Below are positions 60,946-64,000 of a stretch of DNA of 64,000 nt, piece after piece. Source of the stretch: an uncultured Solirubrobacterales bacterium (GTDB taxonomy: Bacteria; Actinomycetota; Thermoleophilia; Solirubrobacterales; Solirubrobacteraceae); the NCBI GenBank assembly GCA_963715535.1, contig OY970251.1:2565079-2629078 (forward strand), read 5' to 3'. The position numbers were made by a program, and so were the translations under genes. Under the pieces are notes generated by a model. The model saw only the letters and a program-made list of their open reading frames with translations, was not told the origin of the DNA and did no database searches. The number at the start of each line of letters is the position of its first letter. Within the stretch, counting starts at the first letter, position 1.

Positions 60946-61260
60946 GTGATCCTTTACGTGTGTCCGTTCGGCACGTCGTTTGGCGGCTTGCCGGCGCCGA
61001 TAGGGCATCCGTGCGGAAGGGCGGCCAAGGCGCTCGACGACGCCGGTCATGTCTACGAACGCAAGTCCGTCAAGGGCGGGGGCATGATGCTCTGGACGCT
61101 GCCCAGTCGCGCCCGCGATCGGGCCGAGGTGGAGCGGCTGAGCGGGCAGCGGGCGGTGCCGATCCTGGTGCTCGATGACGGCAGCGCGATCGCCGGCTCT
61201 GGCACGATCGTGGGCTGGGCCCGGGCGAATCCCGCGCCCGCCTCCGCCGCCGCGAGCTGA
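60946..61260 (+). CDS. Glutaredoxin / GST-N domain protein
   Basis: HPCG and LSGQRAVPILVLDDG...GS motifs. Confidence 0.85.
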   Translation: MILYVCPFGTSFGGLPAPIGHPCGRAAKALDDAGHVYERKSVKGGGMMLWTLPSRARDRAEVERLSGQRAVPILVLDDGSAIAGSGTIVGWARANPAPASAAAS

Positions 61261-61321
61261 CTCTCCAATTCAATTTCGCGGAAGACATCGCCGCATGTGC
61301 CGGTCGGAAAAGCGCCAAACG

Positions 61322-62074
61322 TCAGGGAGCCTCGGAGATCACCAGGCGCAGCGCGCCGTCGAAGCTGTGCCGCGCTCGCAGATGCCCGTGTTCGGCATCC
61401 CACGCGCCGCTGGCAAGCCCGGCGGCCAGCCGCTCCACGATGCGCTCCTCCTCCCGCGGCTCCAGCAGCGCCCACACCGACTGGGCGCTTCGGACCTGTG
61501 GGTCGAGCAGCGCCTCAGGACGTCTCCAGAACGCCTCGAAGAATCCGTCCACACAATCCCCTGGTGTGGGGATTCGCTCCACGCGCGTGTGCCCACCGAG
61601 AGCCGCCTCGATATCGCTGATCGCCGGGAATCGCGGCAGCTCCTTCGCAACCCCCTCGCGCAGATACTCAAGCTGCCAGGCCGGCAGTGCCTCGAGCTCG
61701 AACGTGAACACGACCACCGGCCCGCGCGACACTCGGCGAAGCTCCGCCAGACCCGTCTCGGCCGGTTTCCAGTGGTGGATCGTCACGCATGCCATCGCCG
61801 CGTCAAACGCGCCATCGTCAAACGGCAGCGCCTCGGCGTGGGCGGCTAGCGCCGGCGCCGCGTCCGCGGGGCGCTGGGCTCGCATCGTCGCGCTCGGCTC
61901 CACCGCGAGGACCCAGCGGTCGCACGGCTCGTAGGAGCCGGTTCCGGCGCCCACGTTCAGCACTGTGCGCGCGTCCCCGAGCGCCGCGTCTATACGTGCG
62001 GCAATGCGCGGGTCGGGGCGCCGATGCTGGGCGTAGGTGCGTCCGTGGCGCTCGTAGTCAACCCGTGCGGTCAC
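61322..62074 (-). CDS. Class I SAM-dependent methyltransferase
   Basis: VLNVGAGTGSYE, AVEPS and AEALPF.D..FD motifs. Confidence 0.92.
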   Translation of the reverse strand: MTARVDYERHGRTYAQHRRPDPRIAARIDAALGDARTVLNVGAGTGSYEPCDRWVLAVEPSATMRAQRPADAAPALAAHAEALPFDDGAFDAAMACVTIHHWKPAETGLAELRRVSRGPVVVFTFELEALPAWQLEYLREGVAKELPRFPAISDIEAALGGHTRVERIPTPGDCVDGFFEAFWRRPEALLDPQVRSAQSVWALLEPREEERIVERLAAGLASGAWDAEHGHLRARHSFDGALRLVISEAP

Positions 62075-62143
62075 TGACCGACCCTAACATCCCGCCTGTG
62101 CTTGGCTTGTTGAGCATCGACTTGTTCCCGTCTGTATCGGCAC

Positions 62144-64000
62144 TCACTCGATCTTGGTCGGGACGGTCACCGTGTGGCCGCTGATGCTCACGCTCAGGAT
62201 GTAGGTGCCGCGCTTGAGTGTTCTCGTAGGGCGCAGGCTTGCCAGCGATCCGCGGGCATAAGTACGTCCGTTCTTGGTCAGTCGCGCTTGTACGCTTCGC
62301 CTGGTCGCCTTGCCTTTGAGCGTCACTGAGCAGGTGATCTTACGACGGCTCTTCACCAGTCGGCAAGTTACCTTTGCGTCGAGAGCGGCAGGACCGCGTG
62401 CACCCTTTGCGCCTCTATGTCCGCGCACACCCGTCGCACCTTTGGCGCCGGCCGGCCCCTGTTGGCCCGAGGTGCCTTGTGGGGCTTGCTTGCCGGGTTC
62501 GCCTTGTGAGCCTTTTTCGCCGGACGGTAGCCGGCCGCCGCCTTCTCCACTCAAGGGGATTCCCAGGCCGGTGACGTTCGCGGCGTGCACTGTAAGCGAA
62601 GCAGACCTTGGTCCTTCTGCACTTGGTGCGAACCTGACTGCGAGGGTGCACGTTTCTGCCGGTTGCAGGGTCTCACCGGTGCATTCATCCGCGGTGACGA
62701 TGAAGTCAGATGCGTCTGCTCCGCTGGGCTGTACGTTGTAGATCTGAAGCGGTTCAGAGCCTGCTGTCAAGGTGACGATCTGCCCTGCGCCGATCGTGCT
62801 CTGCGCCTGGACGGGGAAGGTCAAGCTCGTGGGGGCAACTGTGGGTTCTTCGTTACACGCGGTCAACTGACGAACGTACACCTCTGTCGGCATTTCCCCG
62901 TTTGGCCCTTCGGGTGGACCCGTTTGGCCGAAGAGGTTGGTGGCTTGGGAGTCGAATGCAACTCGACAACCGTTGGCTGAGATTGCGGCCTCTTGGCTTT
63001 CGTTGTCGGCCGACGCTCCTTCGGCTCCGCCGGCCCGATCGAGTTGTGTTGTCAGTCCTGTGCTCAGGCTGCGCAGGAAGAGGTGGTATCCGCTTGTGAA
63101 TTCACCCGCGAACAGGACGTCGTTCTCATCGGCGCTTGCGCCGAAGGCGCCGTACGCGCCACCCGCGATGCCGTTCGCATCCTGGCTTATTAGCGTTGTG
63201 CTTGCCGGGGTCGAGCAGAGATCGCGCAGGTAGATCTGCGCTCCGCCGATTTCGACCGGTTCGCCGCCGATCGTGATCGACGAATTTCAGGAGATTGTCG
63301 GCCTCCGAGCTGAACTCCAGCTTGCAGCCATCTTCGCCCACGAGCACTGGATTTTCCGAGCGGCGTTCGCCGGCTTCTCCGTTGGGGCCCTGGCTGACGA
63401 GCGTCGTCGTTCCGGTTTGTAGGTCGCGCAGGTATATCTGTGGGTAAATATTCGATTCCATGCCGGGCACGAGGTTGGTCGCTCTCGATACAAAGGGGAC
63501 GTAACGGCCGTCGGCTGAGACCGAGTACGCCTGGCTTTCTTCGTTGGCGATTTCTCCCGTGGGCCCGCCGGCGCGACTGACCGCTGTCGTCGTCCCGCTA
63601 TCAATGTCGCGTACGTAAACGGTTTCGATGCCGGTCTTCGCGTGGGTGCCTGCTGGATCTTCCAGGTCGTCTGCATCGGCGGCGAACACTACGTATTGTC
63701 CGTCGTCTGAGATCGCCTCAGCAATGGCATTACGGCTGAGGATGGCGCCATCTGTGCCGCTCACGCGATCTACCAGCGTGGTTTCTCCTGTCTGCAGATC
63801 GCGCCTGTAGACATGTTGTTCTTCGGGTTCTTCCGCGGGCAGACCGCCGATGAGGTTGGTGGCCTTTGAGTTGAAGATCACGTAGCGCCCATTGCTGGAG
63901 ATCTTGACGTTTTCGACACCGGGTTCGCCGGCCGGTTCGCCGCTCGAGCCGTTTGCACGGCTAACGAGCGTGACTGCGCCGGTATGCAGGTCCTTCACGT
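62144..64000 (-). CDS. Secreted protein (TolB-like propeller, ASH/Ig domain, collagen-like linker); partial and frameshifted
   Basis: Repeated IS.DGRYV.F.S.ATNL...Y.RDL.TG.TTLVS units; C..L....C...VRFAP; Gly-X-Y run; start lies outside the window. Confidence 0.8.

Overview
High-GC actinobacterial DNA. The style of the secreted proteins suggests Thermoleophilia/Solirubrobacterales, but that is inference. Many otherwise intact genes carry single-base indels, probably from long-read assembly. The window has three zones. (1) 1-24449 is the right part of an integrative mobilisable island ending in the 3' half of tRNA-Met(CAT). Its cargo is a ubiquitination-like operon (multi-Ubl, E2, JAB-E1) with a divergent XRE-ImmA regulator, a nucleoside-deoxyribosyltransferase-like protein, type I RM, a LexA-box-preceded DUF5131/TcmP pair, a phosphoesterase, IS481, MobF relaxase, excisionase, tyrosine integrase and MNT-HEPN. 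(2) 24450-38451 looks like an older island closed by a decayed second tRNA-Met fragment. It carries a GNAT-like protein, an AbiE TA pair, a higA remnant, a DIP1984-family gene followed by a ~315-nt candidate structured RNA with tRNA-like loops and 7-nt repeats, an XRE regulator, a double AAA ATPase and a large secreted protein. (3) 38876-64000 is mostly ordinary: liv ABC transporter, P450, crotonase, glnK-amtB, MFS/MarR, TetR/ABC and secreted propeller proteins. It also holds four abutting perfect CATG-centred palindromes at 49465-49562. The best candidates for undescribed biology are the DIP1984/ncRNA/XRE/AAA module, the palindrome array and the variant ubiquitin-like operon.
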